Shown: positions 50,923 to 62,585 of the stretch, in pieces | How the letters are laid out: the number at the start of each line of letters is the position of its first letter | Position numbering within the stretch: the stretch's first letter is position 1 | Source of the DNA: Negaprion brevirostris | Lineage: Eukaryota | Assembly (NCBI GenBank): GCA_030324005.1 | Contig: JARDVH010000042.1 | Span: forward strand, 64,099,167-64,161,751 | Direction of reading: 5' to 3' | DNA: 62,585 nt | Position numbers and translations under genes: made by a program | Notes under the pieces: generated by a model | The model's input: the letters and a program-made list of their open reading frames with translations, nothing else | Databases searched by the model: none | What the model was told of the DNA's origin: nothing

Positions 50923-52210
50923 GGGGGCAATTTAAAAGCATTTCAACATGTGAGTGAGTGTGTGAATGAGCGAGTGAGTGAGTGAATGGGTGAATGAATG
51001 CATGCATATGTCAGTGCGTAAATAGGTGGGATGGGTGAGGTAAGTGGGCAGGGTGGTAGTTGGATAAGATGGTAGGTGGGTAGGTGAGAGGTGGTTTAAG
51101 GGTATGTGGTTAGGGCAGTGGCTGGGTGAGGTGGGAGATACATTGGGATTGTAAAGATGCTAGTGAGATCAGGTCGGAAGTAAGAATCGGGAACAAAAGA
51201 ATATGGAAACATAGGCATATAGGAATAGGAGTAGGACATTCAGCCCTTCAAGTCCACTCCACCATTTAATAAGATCATGACTGACCTCTGGCCTAACTCC
51301 ATGTATCTGCTCTAGGCCCATATTTCTTGATACCCCTGCTCAATAAAACTTTGTCTATCTCGGATTTACATCTGACAATTGAACCAGTATCCATCGCTGT
51401 TTGAGGAAGAGAGTTCCAAACCTTCACCACTCTGTGCGTGTAGAATTGTTTTCCAATACCTCTCCTAAATGGCTTGGCCCTAATTTTTAGATTATAGCAC
51501 CTGGTCTAGAGCTTTCAACTAGTGAAAACAGTTTATCCTTATCCAACCTGCCCTTTCCTGTAAATATTTTGTAGGTTTCTATCAGATCACCCCTCAACGT
51601 TCTGAATTTTAAAAGTAAACACCCAATTTGTCTAATCTCTCCTCTTAACTTAACCCTTGAAGTCCAGGTATCATTCTTGTAAACCAGCTTTGAACTCCCT
51701 CCAGGGCCAAAACATCCTTCCTAAGGTGTGGTGCCCATACCTACTCACAGTACTTTAAGTGGGGTCTAACTTGGGTTTTGTACAACTGTAGCATAATATT
51801 TGCATCCCTCTCCTCCAGCCCTTTAAGGAGTTATGCATTTTCGTTGGACATTCACTGAATTTAACTTCGCGCCTTCTAAAAAATACTCTGATCTTTTTTT
51901 TTATCCTAAATGGAGTCAATGGAGGGGTGAGGGTTGGGTGGTGGGCAATAGTCAGGCTGGGTCTGGAGGGACTCAGTGGGACAGGGGAGAGGGGGTGGTG
52001 GATGTCAGTGGGGGAGCCAGTTATATAGTTAGCCAGGAATTAGACAAGCACTAGGAACTATCTGCACACTCTAGCTCATAGTTGGAGAATTTTGAATGGT
52101 CCTGGGTGCAGGGGGAATTGCCCATCAGAAGTTCAAACTTCCCAAGCAATTCCCACAGAATCAATGCATCAGGATTTCCGTAAGATCAGGCTACTGGAGG
52201 ATTGGGCCCA
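50923..52210 (+). repeat. Unclassified interspersed repeat, copy 3, interrupted by a CR1 (51190-51830, minus)
   Basis: GT-rich tract on both sides of a CR1 3' fragment; 3' block homologous to 13115-13310. Confidence 0.6.
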
Positions 52211-53319
52211 TATATCTGTTTTGTATTATTGATCCAGAATAATGTTATAATACTTTATCTATTTTTTAATAAATTCCTAAGAGCTGTTTGAAGTAATGGA
52301 AAATGGAAGTTGCAGCAAGGTGATATTGCTGTGGTTTCTGCAAGGGAGAATGCAAGCAAGAATTGAAACGCATTTTAAAACAGACAGTACAATGAACGCC
52401 TCTTCAAATTTTAGCACATACTTTACAATGGACCCTTCATATCTTGAGTTACTGTTTTTGTACAGCTAGGCTTTTAGAGACCATTAGATAACATCAGAAT
52501 GCATACTAAAAGTGGAAGAATTCCAAAGACTGGGTTCTGTTTGATCCAGAATCAACCCATATCAAGATAAAGGGAGGAACCAAGCTTTAGCTAATTAAGA
52601 ACTGAAGTTCTGTTGATAGGTCATTTAGCAGGAACACAGGCAGAATTTTCCCAGCTAGGTGGAGATGGGTCCCAGTGCATGCAGAACCAAAAGTCCTCAA
52701 AATCAATGCTGGGTCAGGATCTGCTCAACGTCCTGCTCTTTTACGATTTTCCCTGGGGTAAGATCCAATTCCAGTGGGAAACCCTGTCAGCCTGGCACAT
52801 AAGCAATAGAGGTGATTAAAATTGCAATGAAGTATCTTTTAATCTTGGGATCCTTCTTTCCAACCAGTGTATGGGTTACATGCTGTATCTTCAACTCACC
52901 AAGCTGAAGAAGGAGCAGTAACGCATCACAGAGTGAAACTGACCTGATAGCATGTGATCAGCTGCAATGAAAAGTGAGTGCGGGAGAAGCTCACTCATTT
53001 CACTGGGGCCAGCAGCTCTGTGCAATTCAAATCACGTGCCATGGATCCCACGAGGGGTAACCTCATCTTACTGTCTGTGAGACCTTCCTGTACAATGGAG
53101 TTGACATATTCTGCAGTTGCTTGAACCTCTGCAAAGGAAATACTATTTTCTCCAGCTTAGCAGCCACAGTAATAGGAACAGCAAATTCAGTAACAGTAGT
53201 TGCCATCTCTGCAGCCATGCGCAGCTGTACAGAACAGGAAGGATGGACACAGATTTGTGACAGATTTAGCAGCTCAAAACTAGCCCATCAGCAGCAACAG
53301 AATTGCATGCAAACACAAT

Positions 53320-53582
53320 TTGTAGCCTTGTGGTCTGGTATGAGCCTCACTCTACCAATTATCATCAAACCGGGAAATCAATCCTGGTTCAATGAGGAGT
53401 ATGACAGCATTGCCATGAGAAGCATCAACCATCCCAGAAAATATAAGAAGCCAACTTGGTGAAGCTGTAACACAGGACTATGTGCATGCCAAGCAGCAGA
53501 AATAGCATGCAGTAGACAGAGCTAAGTAATCCCACAATGAATGATCAGACAACAGCACTATACATCTGCAATTCCACTGCGT
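53320..53582 (+). mobile_element. LINE ORF2 linker fragment (CR1/L2 group)
   Basis: 'IIIKPGNQSWFNEE' resembles the PWFN.E motif between endonuclease and RT. Confidence 0.55.
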
Positions 53583-54274
53583 GGCAGGGGGGTTGTTCCC
53601 AGTATCCATGGGGGGCCACAAAATCTTTTTCTAGGGCAGATCAGGACATCAGCGGAGTTGGCCCTGCCGGCTCCATCAGGCACCGCCTTATCAGCGTGTC
53701 GGCAAAGACCACACATCCAGATTTTCTGTGCATAGAGTACTATAATATCTAGAGAGAAAACCCGACTGCACTGCTGGAGAGCTGCACATCAGATTTCTTG
53801 CCTCAGCCCGCACCAATATCATTTTTGAACACCCCTTGCAGTTGGAGAAAGAAAGTCCTGTGACACGCAAACACTTTGTATGTTTTAAGCACATGTTTTC
53901 TCAGCAGAACTGAAGTTAAGCATTTTAGGGAGAAAACCTGAATGAGGACACTCTTGCCTCTTTTTTCTCTCCAAGCCGCGTGGTAAACATCTGTTGACTG
54001 GGATTACCCAGGCACTCCATACTACAAACAGAGATTTCTTAAAAGAGTCCAAGTCAACATTATTGTCTCACAAAAATAATCAACTCAGTTGCCAACATCT
54101 TTAAATCAGAAGAATTGGACCATTGAATTTAGCCTGAAGCCAGCCAACTCAGCAGCATGCTATTTCACTTTTTATATATGGACTCTAATTTGGCCAACTT
54201 ATCACTTATGTGTGAACTTTCAGAGTCTGCAAAAGGGTGCGTTTTGTTACTTCAGATCAGATTAGGTATAATAA

Positions 54275-54640
54275 AGCACAAGAACATAGGAAGTAAAAGC
54301 AGGAGTAGACCACTAGGCCTTTCAAGGCTGCCCCACCATTCAATACGATAATGAATGATCTATGCTGACCTCAACTCCTTCACTGTACCATATCCCCATC
54401 ACCAGCTATCCCTCAATCTATCAAATATTTATCCACCTCCACTTTGAATACTTCTAATGATCCAGCCTCCACTACGCTTTGGGGCACAGAATTCCAGAGA
54501 TTCACCACCTCTGTGAGAAGAAATTTCTCCGCACCTCAGTTTTAAATGACCGACCCTTTATCTTGTAGCTATACCCCATTGTTCAAGACTCTCCCATAAG
54601 TGAAAACGTCTCACCACTACTCTGTCAAGCTCTCTCAGGA
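54275..54640 (-). mobile_element. CR1 LINE 3' end
   Basis: Tail 'agaacatagg...gcaggagtagacca' and body 'agaattccagagattcaccacctctgtgagaagaaatttctcc'. Confidence 0.85.
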
Positions 54641-54732
54641 TCAATCAAAAGCAATCCAAGAGATCATTGACAGTGCTATGATAATTGGTAAAATTGCTTT
54701 ACAAAAATAAATTACTGTGGTTGCTGGAATCG

Positions 54733-54878
54733 GAAACCAAAAGAGAAAATGCTGGAAAATCTCAGCACATCTGGCAGCATCTGCAAGGCGGGAAAAAAGC
54801 TGACATTCTGAGTCCAGATGACACTTTGTCAAAGCTCTTTTCTCTCCTTACAGATCTTCCAGCATTTTCTCTTTTAGT
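54733..54878 (-). mobile_element. Short Penelope-type repeat with partial foldback
   Basis: Reverse complement of 33096-33199, followed by a partial inverted copy (aaaagagaaaatgctggaa ... ttccagcattttctctttt). Confidence 0.55.
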
Positions 54879-56211
54879 AAAATTGCTTTCCTTTGTTATA
54901 GCTGGTCCAGGACATGGTCCCTATTGTATATTGGAGACAGGATACATGGAACAGATTTTGGTTATAAGCCTTCCCTTCCAAGGCCGCTTCTCCTCTCTGT
55001 TTCCCAGCAGAGCTCCAGTAAACCAATAGAGATAATTACAAATATATCAGGCATGATTTTCTGAAAAAAGACTAAGTGCCCAACTGTTTTCACATCCATT
55101 TTTTTGGGCAAGCTTAATTTAATAGATTTCCAGCCCTGTGCAGCACAGAGGCCGTCAAAGGATTTACGCCAGGCTGGCATCAGACTGCCGATGGGTCACT
55201 ACGCTTGTGCCAATCTCCCAGTCTACTGGGAGATTGGCACAGTCTACTGGGAGATTGGTTAACGTGTACCTCCTCCTCGGTCACTGACCCCCATCCCCCC
55301 CCCCAGCAGTGCCCGCCCGGCCCCCTCCTCGCTCGNNNNNNNNNNNNNNNNNNNNNNNNNNNNNNNNNNNNNNNNNNNNNNNNNNNNNNNNNNNNNNNNN
55401 NNNNNNNNNNNNNNNNNNNNNNNNNNNNNNNNNNNNNNNNNNNNNNNNNNNNNNNNNNNNNNNNNNNNNNNNNNNNNNNNNNNNNNNNNNNNNNNNNNNN
55501 NNNNNNNNNNNNNNNNNNNNNNNNNNNNNNNNNNNNNNNNNNNNNNNNNNNNNNNNNNNNNNNNNNNNNNNNNNNNNNNNNNNNNNNNNNNNNNNNNNNN
55601 NNNNNNNNNNNNNNNNNNNNNNNNNNNNNNNNNNNNNNNNNNNNNNNNNNNNNNNNNNNNNNNNNNNNNNNNNNNNNNNNNNNNNNNNNNNNNNNNNNNN
55701 NNNNNNNNNNNNNNNNNNNNNNNNNNNNNNNNNNNNNNNNNNNNNNNNNNNNNNNNNNNNNNNNNNNNNNNNNNNNNNNNNNNNNNNNNNNNNNNNNNNN
55801 NNNNNNNNNNNNNNNNNNNNNNNNNNNNNNNNNNNNNNNNNNNNNNNNNNNNNNNNNNNNNNNNNNNNNNNNNNNNNNNNNNNNNNNNNNNNNNNNNNNN
55901 NNNNNNNNNNNNNNNNNNNNNNNNNNNNNNNNNNNNNNNNNNNNNNNNNNNNNNNNNNNNNNNNNNNNNNNNNNNNNNNNNNNNNNNNNNNNNNNNNNNN
56001 NNNNNNNNNNNNNNNNNNNNNNNNNNNNNNNNNNNNNNNNNNNNNNNNNNNNNNNNNNNNNNNNNNNNNNNNNNNNNNNNNNNNNNNNNNNNNNNNNNNN
56101 NNNNNNNNNNNNNNNNNNNNNNNNNNNNNNNNNNNNNNNNNNNNNNNNNNNNNNNNNNNNNNNNNNNNNNNNNNNNNNNNNNNNNNNNNNNNNNNNNNNN
56201 NNNNNNNNNNN

Positions 56212-56745
56212 GCCCATAGTGTTCAATTCTGGTCACCACACTACCAGAAGGATGTGGAGGCTTTGGAGAGGGTACAGAAAAGATTTAACAGGATGTTGCC
56301 TGGTATGGAGGCTATGAAGAGACGTTGAAGAAACTTGGTTTGTTCTCCCTGGGACGACGGAGGTTGAGGTTAAAAGTCTACAAAATTATAAAGAGGCAAG
56401 GAAAGAGTGGATAGTCAGAAGCTTTTTCCCAGGGTGGAAGAATCAATTACTGAGGAGCATAGGTTTAAGGTGCGAGGGGCACAATTTAAAGGGGATGTAC
56501 GAGGCAGGTTTATTACACAGAGGGCGATGGGTGCCTGGAACATGCTATCAAGGGAGGTAGTGGAAGCAGATATGATAGTAACTTTTAAGGGGAGCCTTGA
56601 CAAATACATGAATAGGAAGGGAATGGAGGGATATAGTTCCTGGAAGGTTAGGGGGTTTTAGTTCAGTCAGGCAGTATGGTCAGTGCCGGCTTGGTGGGCT
56701 GAAGAGCCTGTTCCTATGCTGTAATTTTCATTGTTCTTTGCTTTT
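56212..56745 (+). mobile_element. CR1 LINE 3' portion
   Basis: 'VQFWSPHYQKDVEALERVQKRFNRMLPG' and 'KLFPRVEESITEEHRFKVRG...AWNML'. Confidence 0.9.
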
Positions 56746-57726
56746 ATTTCCACCTGAGACACTGGCAGCATAGCGCTGATTGGCCACTGTGCATGCGCTG
56801 ATCTGTCAGCACGGTGATCTGCACATGTGCAATGGTAACCCTGAATGCTAGCCTTCCCCGCAATGCTGGCCTTCCCCACAAACACCGAGCAGAAGGACCT
56901 TCCGGACCTCCCTGGGCAAGGCCTGATGTCCTGCCCACCCTAGCCAACCCCAAACACACCCCCCTCCCGATCCTGAAGACCAGCCCCAATAAGAACAAAG
57001 AACAAAGAACAACCCAGCACGGGAAACAGGCCCTTCGGCCCAACAAGCCCGCGCCGCCATCACCCTNNNNNNNNNNNNNNNNNNNNNNNNNNNNNNNNNN
57101 NNNNNNNNNNNNNNNNNNNNNNNNNNNNNNNNNNNNNNNNNNNNNNNNNNNNNNNNNNNNNNNNNNATGACCAGCCTTGAACAACCTCCCTGGCAGCCCT
57201 GAAACACCCCTCCAACCAGCCTCACTCCGTCCCTCCCTCCCTCCCCATTTTGCAGAGTGGCAGTGAATCGCCCTCCCCAATTGGCCATGCTCACTAGTAG
57301 GCTCCCACCCCCTTTGGCCCCACCCACTTGGCACTGCACAGTGCCTGGTGGGCATTGCCAGTCTGCACCTTGGGCAGTGTCAGGGCACAGTACAAAGGTC
57401 ACCCCCCTCCTTATCCCAGATCTCCTCAGGGGACCTCACTGACCTCTGTTTCCTTCAGCCGGGCCAGACACCTCTTCCCCATTAATGGGCAGCAGTTGTA
57501 AACACCATTGGAAGGAACCATTCCCATTGGGGGGGATGCTAGTGGACTCAGGGGAATTCTATCCCGGACCCACTAATCATCCGGAAATGTCAGTTTCCAA
57601 GGCATTTCTATATGATAATCAGTTTTGAGTCNNNNNNNNNNGAGCTCAGTGTGAATCCTGCAAAACAGCCATTGCTGATGTCTCTCAGGCCCGCTGTGCT
57701 ACTAGGGCTCAGAGAATCATTCCCCT

Positions 57727-58760
57727 AAACTTCAAAGATTACAGATCCAGACTATTTAGTCTCACTTGATAGGACAATATTCTCATCCCAGGAATTAGCC
57801 TGGTGAGTCTCCTCTGTACTGCCTCCTCTTTTTGAGGTAAGGGGACCAAACTATATACAGCATTCCAGATGAAGTCTCACCAACACCCTGTATAACTGCA
57901 ACAAAACCTCCCTCTTTTTAAACTCTAAACCCTTTGCAATTAAGGCCAAAATGCCATTTGCCTTCTTAACTACTTGTTGGACCGCCTGCCTGTTACTTTT
58001 TGTGATTCATGCACTCGAACACCTCCATACTTCACTTACCTGCAGTCTCTCTCCATTTAGATATTTATCTGCTTTTTGATCCCTCCTACCCAAATGCATG
58101 ACCTCACATACCCCCAGACTAAACTCCAATTGCCAGGTTTTTGCCCAGCTACCTGATCTATCTATATCAGAATATCCTCAGAATATCCTCTTCACAACAT
58201 GCCCATCTACCTGTCTTTGCATCATTGCTAAATTTGGAAATCTTACATTTTGTTCCTTCCTCCAGGTCATTCATACAAATCGTGAACAATTGTGGGCCAA
58301 GAATTGATCCCTGTGGCACTCCATTCATTACATCTTTCCACTTTGAAAATGACCCATTATTCCAACTCTCTGTTTTCTATGTGACAGTCAGTTTCAATCC
58401 ATGGCAACACATTTCTTCTAATTCCATATACCAGCCTCTTGTACGGCACCTTGTCAAAAGCCTTCTGGAAATGTAAATACATTACACCTACAGGTTCCCC
58501 TCTACCTATCCTCCATTACGTCCACAAAGAATTCCAGCAAATTTGTCAAACATGATTTACTTTTCATAAAACCATGTTGACTAGGTTTGATTACATTCAG
58601 CTTTCCTAAATGATTCGCTGTTTCCTCTTTGATTAATGACTCCAGCACCTTCCCAACAATAGATGTTAAACTATGCTCTGCCTTTCTCCCTTTTTGAACA
58701 AGGGAGTCACATTGGCTATTTGCCGATCTTTCAGTGTCCTCCGGAATTTAGCAAGCTAAG
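57727..58760 (-). mobile_element. CR1 LINE RT region
   Basis: Antisense RT motifs (KSCLTNL, FQKAFDKVP, PQGSILGP, KFSNDAK). Confidence 0.85.
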
Positions 58761-58859
58761 AAAAAGCTTGCCTTGTTTTGCTACACTCAAAAAATTGGTT
58801 CTTTTATGATCACAACACATACATAGTTATGTACTGACTGAATTGGCAAGTATACCCAT

Positions 58860-59790
58860 CTCAAACTAAAAACCTGTCAAGCAAGGAGAGGGCAAGGAGG
58901 AAATCTGTTTGACTCCTTATCACCTGATTGTAATACTCCTCATTGTTTGCCAATCCTTCACGTTCGGGATCACCGGTACATTTTGAATTTTTGCTTTGTC
59001 TTTTAATATCCAAATAATTTGTGTATACATCAAAAAAAGGTAAGCCTAACACTGACCCTTTGTGAAACATTACTGTTTATCATCTTCCAGCCTAAAAAAT
59101 AATCATTTACAATTACTGGTTATTTTCTGTCCTTAACACACTTTCTTTATCCAAGTTGACATTGACCTTTCTATTCTGTGAGCTTCAATTTTTTAAACCG
59201 TCCTTTTATGTGCACCTCTTCAAATGCTTTCTTAAAATATATAGAGTTAACATCCATTACGATCCATTCACCAGCCTTTCTCTTACTTCATCAAAAAATT
59301 CAATTAGATTAGTCAACCATGATATGCCTTTTACAAATCCATACTGACTCTCCTTAATTAAATCAAACCTCTCTGGTTGACTTTTTTTTCCCCTGATTAT
59401 TATTTATAAAATTTTATCCAGCACTGATTTTAAACTGACTGGCCTGTAGTTACTCAGAATATCCTTGTACTCGTTCTTGAACAAGGATTTCACATGTCCT
59501 ACTCTCCAATCTTCTGGCATGTCCATCATATCTAGAGAAAATTAGGAGATTATGGCAATCCCTCCTGCTATCTCCATCTCCAATTCCTTTAGCAACCTGG
59601 GGTGCAAGTCATCCTGACTAGGTGACTTATCCACTTTCAGCACAACCAATCCTTCTGGCACTTCTGTCCTCTCAGTTTTCACCCCATTCATTAGTTCCAT
59701 CATTTTCGCTTCTATTGATATTTCAATAGTCTTCTCTTCCTCTATAAACACTGATATAAAGTACTCATTGTATTTCCAACGCTGATCAGA
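58860..59790 (-). mobile_element. Older CR1 LINE fragment
   Basis: 'NEYFISVF...LKVDKSPSQDDLHPRLLKEL...EIA' and 'HKGSVLGLPFFDVYTNYLD'. Confidence 0.8.
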
Positions 59791-60479
59791 AGTTTTTGGA
59801 TTTCCTTTTATGTTGACTGTCATTGTATGTTTTTATTCTTTATTTGGGGGTTGTAATTTAATGGAGTTGCTCTCAGCCTTGTGGGGTGGAGAGTTTGGGG
59901 CTAGGGTTGGGGGGTGAGGGGGGAGGGGGACAGGTACGGATTTCCTCGCTGTCAGACACTTGGTCCAATTGAGGAAGCTGGCATCTGGAAGGAGGGTGGG
60001 GGGAGGGTGTGGTTGCTGCAAGTTACCTCTTTGTCCTTGCCTCTGACTCCTCACTCCACTTCCATTCTTCATCTGGCTTCACTTACCTGGGTGTTGCAAG
60101 ACTTCTTACTGTGTTCACTTACCTGGGTCCAGGAATCTAGTAGCAATCCTTAGATTGAGCCTAAGAGTATTTCTGGCAGCAGCNNNNNNNNNNNNNNNNN
60201 NNNNNNNNNNNNNNNNNNNNNNNNNNNNNNNNNNNNNNNNNNNNNNNNNNNNNNNNNNNNNNNNNNNNNNNNNNNNNNNNNNNTGGCAGCAGCAGCCATT
60301 TGGAGTGGTACTTGAGACAATGCAGAAGTGGAGCCCTCTTTGCTGACACTAAATTACAGCCCATCCATTTCATTTTTCTCTTCATCTCCCTTTCAAACTA
60401 ATTTTATTTGACCTGGTTACTGTTTGAAGAATTTACCTTTTTTAGGTAAGTATCCCATGAAAGATCAGCAATTGTTTGC

Positions 60480-61025
60480 ATCCCTGAACGCTCAAGAAGG
60501 TGGCAGTAAGCCATTATCTAAACCATTGCAGTCCATTTGGTGTAGTTACATCTACAGTGGCTGTTTGAAAAGGAGTTCCAGGATTTTGACCAGCAACAAT
60601 GAAGGAATGTTGATATAGCTCCAAGTCAGAATAGTATATGATTTAGAGGGAAACTTACAGACATTACTGCTCCATGCATCTGCTGCCCTTGTCCTTCTAG
60701 CTGGTAGAGGCCATGTGTTTGGAAGGTGTTGCTGAAGGATCCTTGGTGAGTTGCTATTGTGCATGGTGTCAATGGTACACACTGCTGCTGTGGAATGATT
60801 GTTTATGTCGATCAATTTTTGGCCTGGATTTTGTCAAACTTCTTAAGTATTGCTGGAGTTGCAGTCATCATTCAATTGGAGAGTATTTCATCATTCTCCT
60901 GACTTTTGCCTTGTAATGGTGGGCAGGCTCTGGGAATTAGGATGTTAAGGTTCTGTTTAATGGTAACCCCCAGGATGTTGATGGTGTTTGATTCAGTTGT
61001 GTTAAGGCTGTTCAATGTAAAATGA
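60480..61025 (-). mobile_element. LINE fragment (CR1/L2 group), related to 1-71
   Basis: 'aatggtaacccccaggatgttgatggtg...gattcag' resembles positions 15-55; body 'atctgctgcccttgtccttctag...tttggaaggtg'. Confidence 0.6.
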
Positions 61026-61029
61026 ATGT

Positions 61030-61350
61030 TGGAATTCTTGCTGCAACTCTACAAGTACTGGGGAGAGAGCACACCTGGAGCAGTGTGAGCTGTTTTTGTC
61101 CCTTTATTTAAGGAAAGATATTACTTCATTGGAGGCAGCTCAGAGAAGGTTCACTAGGATGATCCCCAGTATGGGGGGTTTGTCATATGAGGAATGCTTA
61201 AACAGGTTGGGACTCTACTCATTGGAATTTGGAAGAATGAGAGGTGATCCCATTGAAGCACACAGGATTCTTAAGGGGCTTCAAAGGGTAAATACTGAGG
61301 ATATCTCCCCTCATAGGAGAGTCTAAGACCGGAAGACTCAGAAAAAAGGA
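61030..61350 (+). mobile_element. CR1 LINE fragment
   Basis: 'YLRKDITSLEAAQRRFTRMIP...LGLYSLEFGRMRGD'. Confidence 0.88.
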
Positions 61351-62289
61351 GCACCAATTTAATTTGATTTATCATTTTCACATGTATTGGGATGTAGTCA
61401 AAAGTATTATTCCATGCGCTATACAAACAAAACATACCATTCATAATGCACATTGGGGAGAAGGAAAGGATGGGGCGCTGGACTCGCTTAACACAAGAAA
61501 ATAGTGATTTAAATGTATAAACATTATTTATTCAGCCTCTTGCCTATATTGGGTGCATGCATCTGTGTGTACATGTATGTCTGACTAAATGATATGGCAA
61601 CTTTTAATTCTATACACTCAAATTTTGGGAAAATCCCGAGAGTCCGAATCTTTATAAAACATTACTGAATTTGAATAGCTTGGGGAATTTAACCATTTTA
61701 GTCATCAATACATATACTATGGAAATGTATTTATTAATTAGATGGACTTTTTTGACAAATAGTCTTCAAACGGCCTGCTGTTCTAACTATATTTTTCTGT
61801 TTTATGTTAACATTTGCACCTATTTGCTATGATTCAAAACATTATAATATAAATCATTATTAGATACAGTATGGTGTGTTTTTTGAACATGTTGATCTTT
61901 GGAGTATTAAGACTGAATGACGTTAAAGAATTTATGATATTTAGATTTTTTTATTTAGTTTTCAAATGTGAGAGCTGTGGGAAGGAAATTGGATACCTCT
62001 TAAAAAATCACCAATTTTGTGATGGTGTCTCTGGACTTCTAGGATGCTTAAAATCCCTCTGACGCTACATTGATTCCAGCAATATTCAAACATCTTTCGC
62101 AGCAATTCACTTTCAGAACCTCTCCTGATAGTTTAGTTGGAAAATACCTCACTCGAGTGTTCGGGTTCTTTAGCAGTCTACACAGCTGGTCCTTAACATG
62201 AGTGCTGGAGGCACCTCCTTTGGAGCCAGGCAGAACTGGAAAGAAAATCTCTAGAATGCACTATAAATTTTTTACAGCAAGGTGAACAC

Positions 62290-62585
62290 AGTTAAAAGCA
62301 GTTTCAGTGCTGGAAGCATACATGGGTCATAGCGTGCATTATCTGATGTCAACAGTTCTTAAAGAATGCTAAAGATAAGTTGCCCCATAGTAGACTAATG
62401 AATAAGTCAGGGAATGTGGAGACAGGGACAAGTGGCAGAATGGATTGCCAGCTGGCTTCAAGACAGAAAGCAGTGTGGGAGCAATGGTTATTCAGATGGC
62501 AGAAGTGGAAGGAGATGTCCCACATGCAGCAGCTCTGGAACCACTGTTGTTCAGAATTTATACTGACAACTTGGACTTTGAAATT
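62290..62585 (+). mobile_element. CR1 RT fragment running off the window end
   Basis: DKLPHSRL, WIASWLQDRKQ and PLLFRIYTDNLD remnants. Confidence 0.7.

Noticed and set aside
55180-56328. Longest ORFs in the track (326-370 aa), and others containing X runs
   Set aside because: They are open only because they run through N gaps.

Overview
Repeat-dense, CpG-depleted eukaryotic DNA from a gapped draft assembly. The tRNA-derived HE1-like V-SINEs, abundant CR1 LINEs and Penelope-type repeats point to a cartilaginous fish (shark); this is inference, not a database match. Most of the window is decayed transposons: CR1, L2-like and RTE LINEs, SINEs, solo LTRs, Penelope fragments, one PIF/Harbinger transposase remnant and many short TIR elements, often nested. 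I could not identify a host gene. The window looks like a large intron or intergenic stretch with a few exon-like or conserved-looking islands (best candidate 12046-12259, +). Almost all ORFs in the six-frame track are spurious or TE-derived. I found no convincing novel biological system. The most interesting signals are decayed hammerhead-ribozyme-like cores in two Penelope-type families, a ~500-bp Penelope foldback, the Harbinger transposase with candidate non-autonomous partners, a repeat family with a positionally conserved hairpin, and a CpG-rich exon-like island with an in-frame TGA. TE boundaries are approximate and read by eye.
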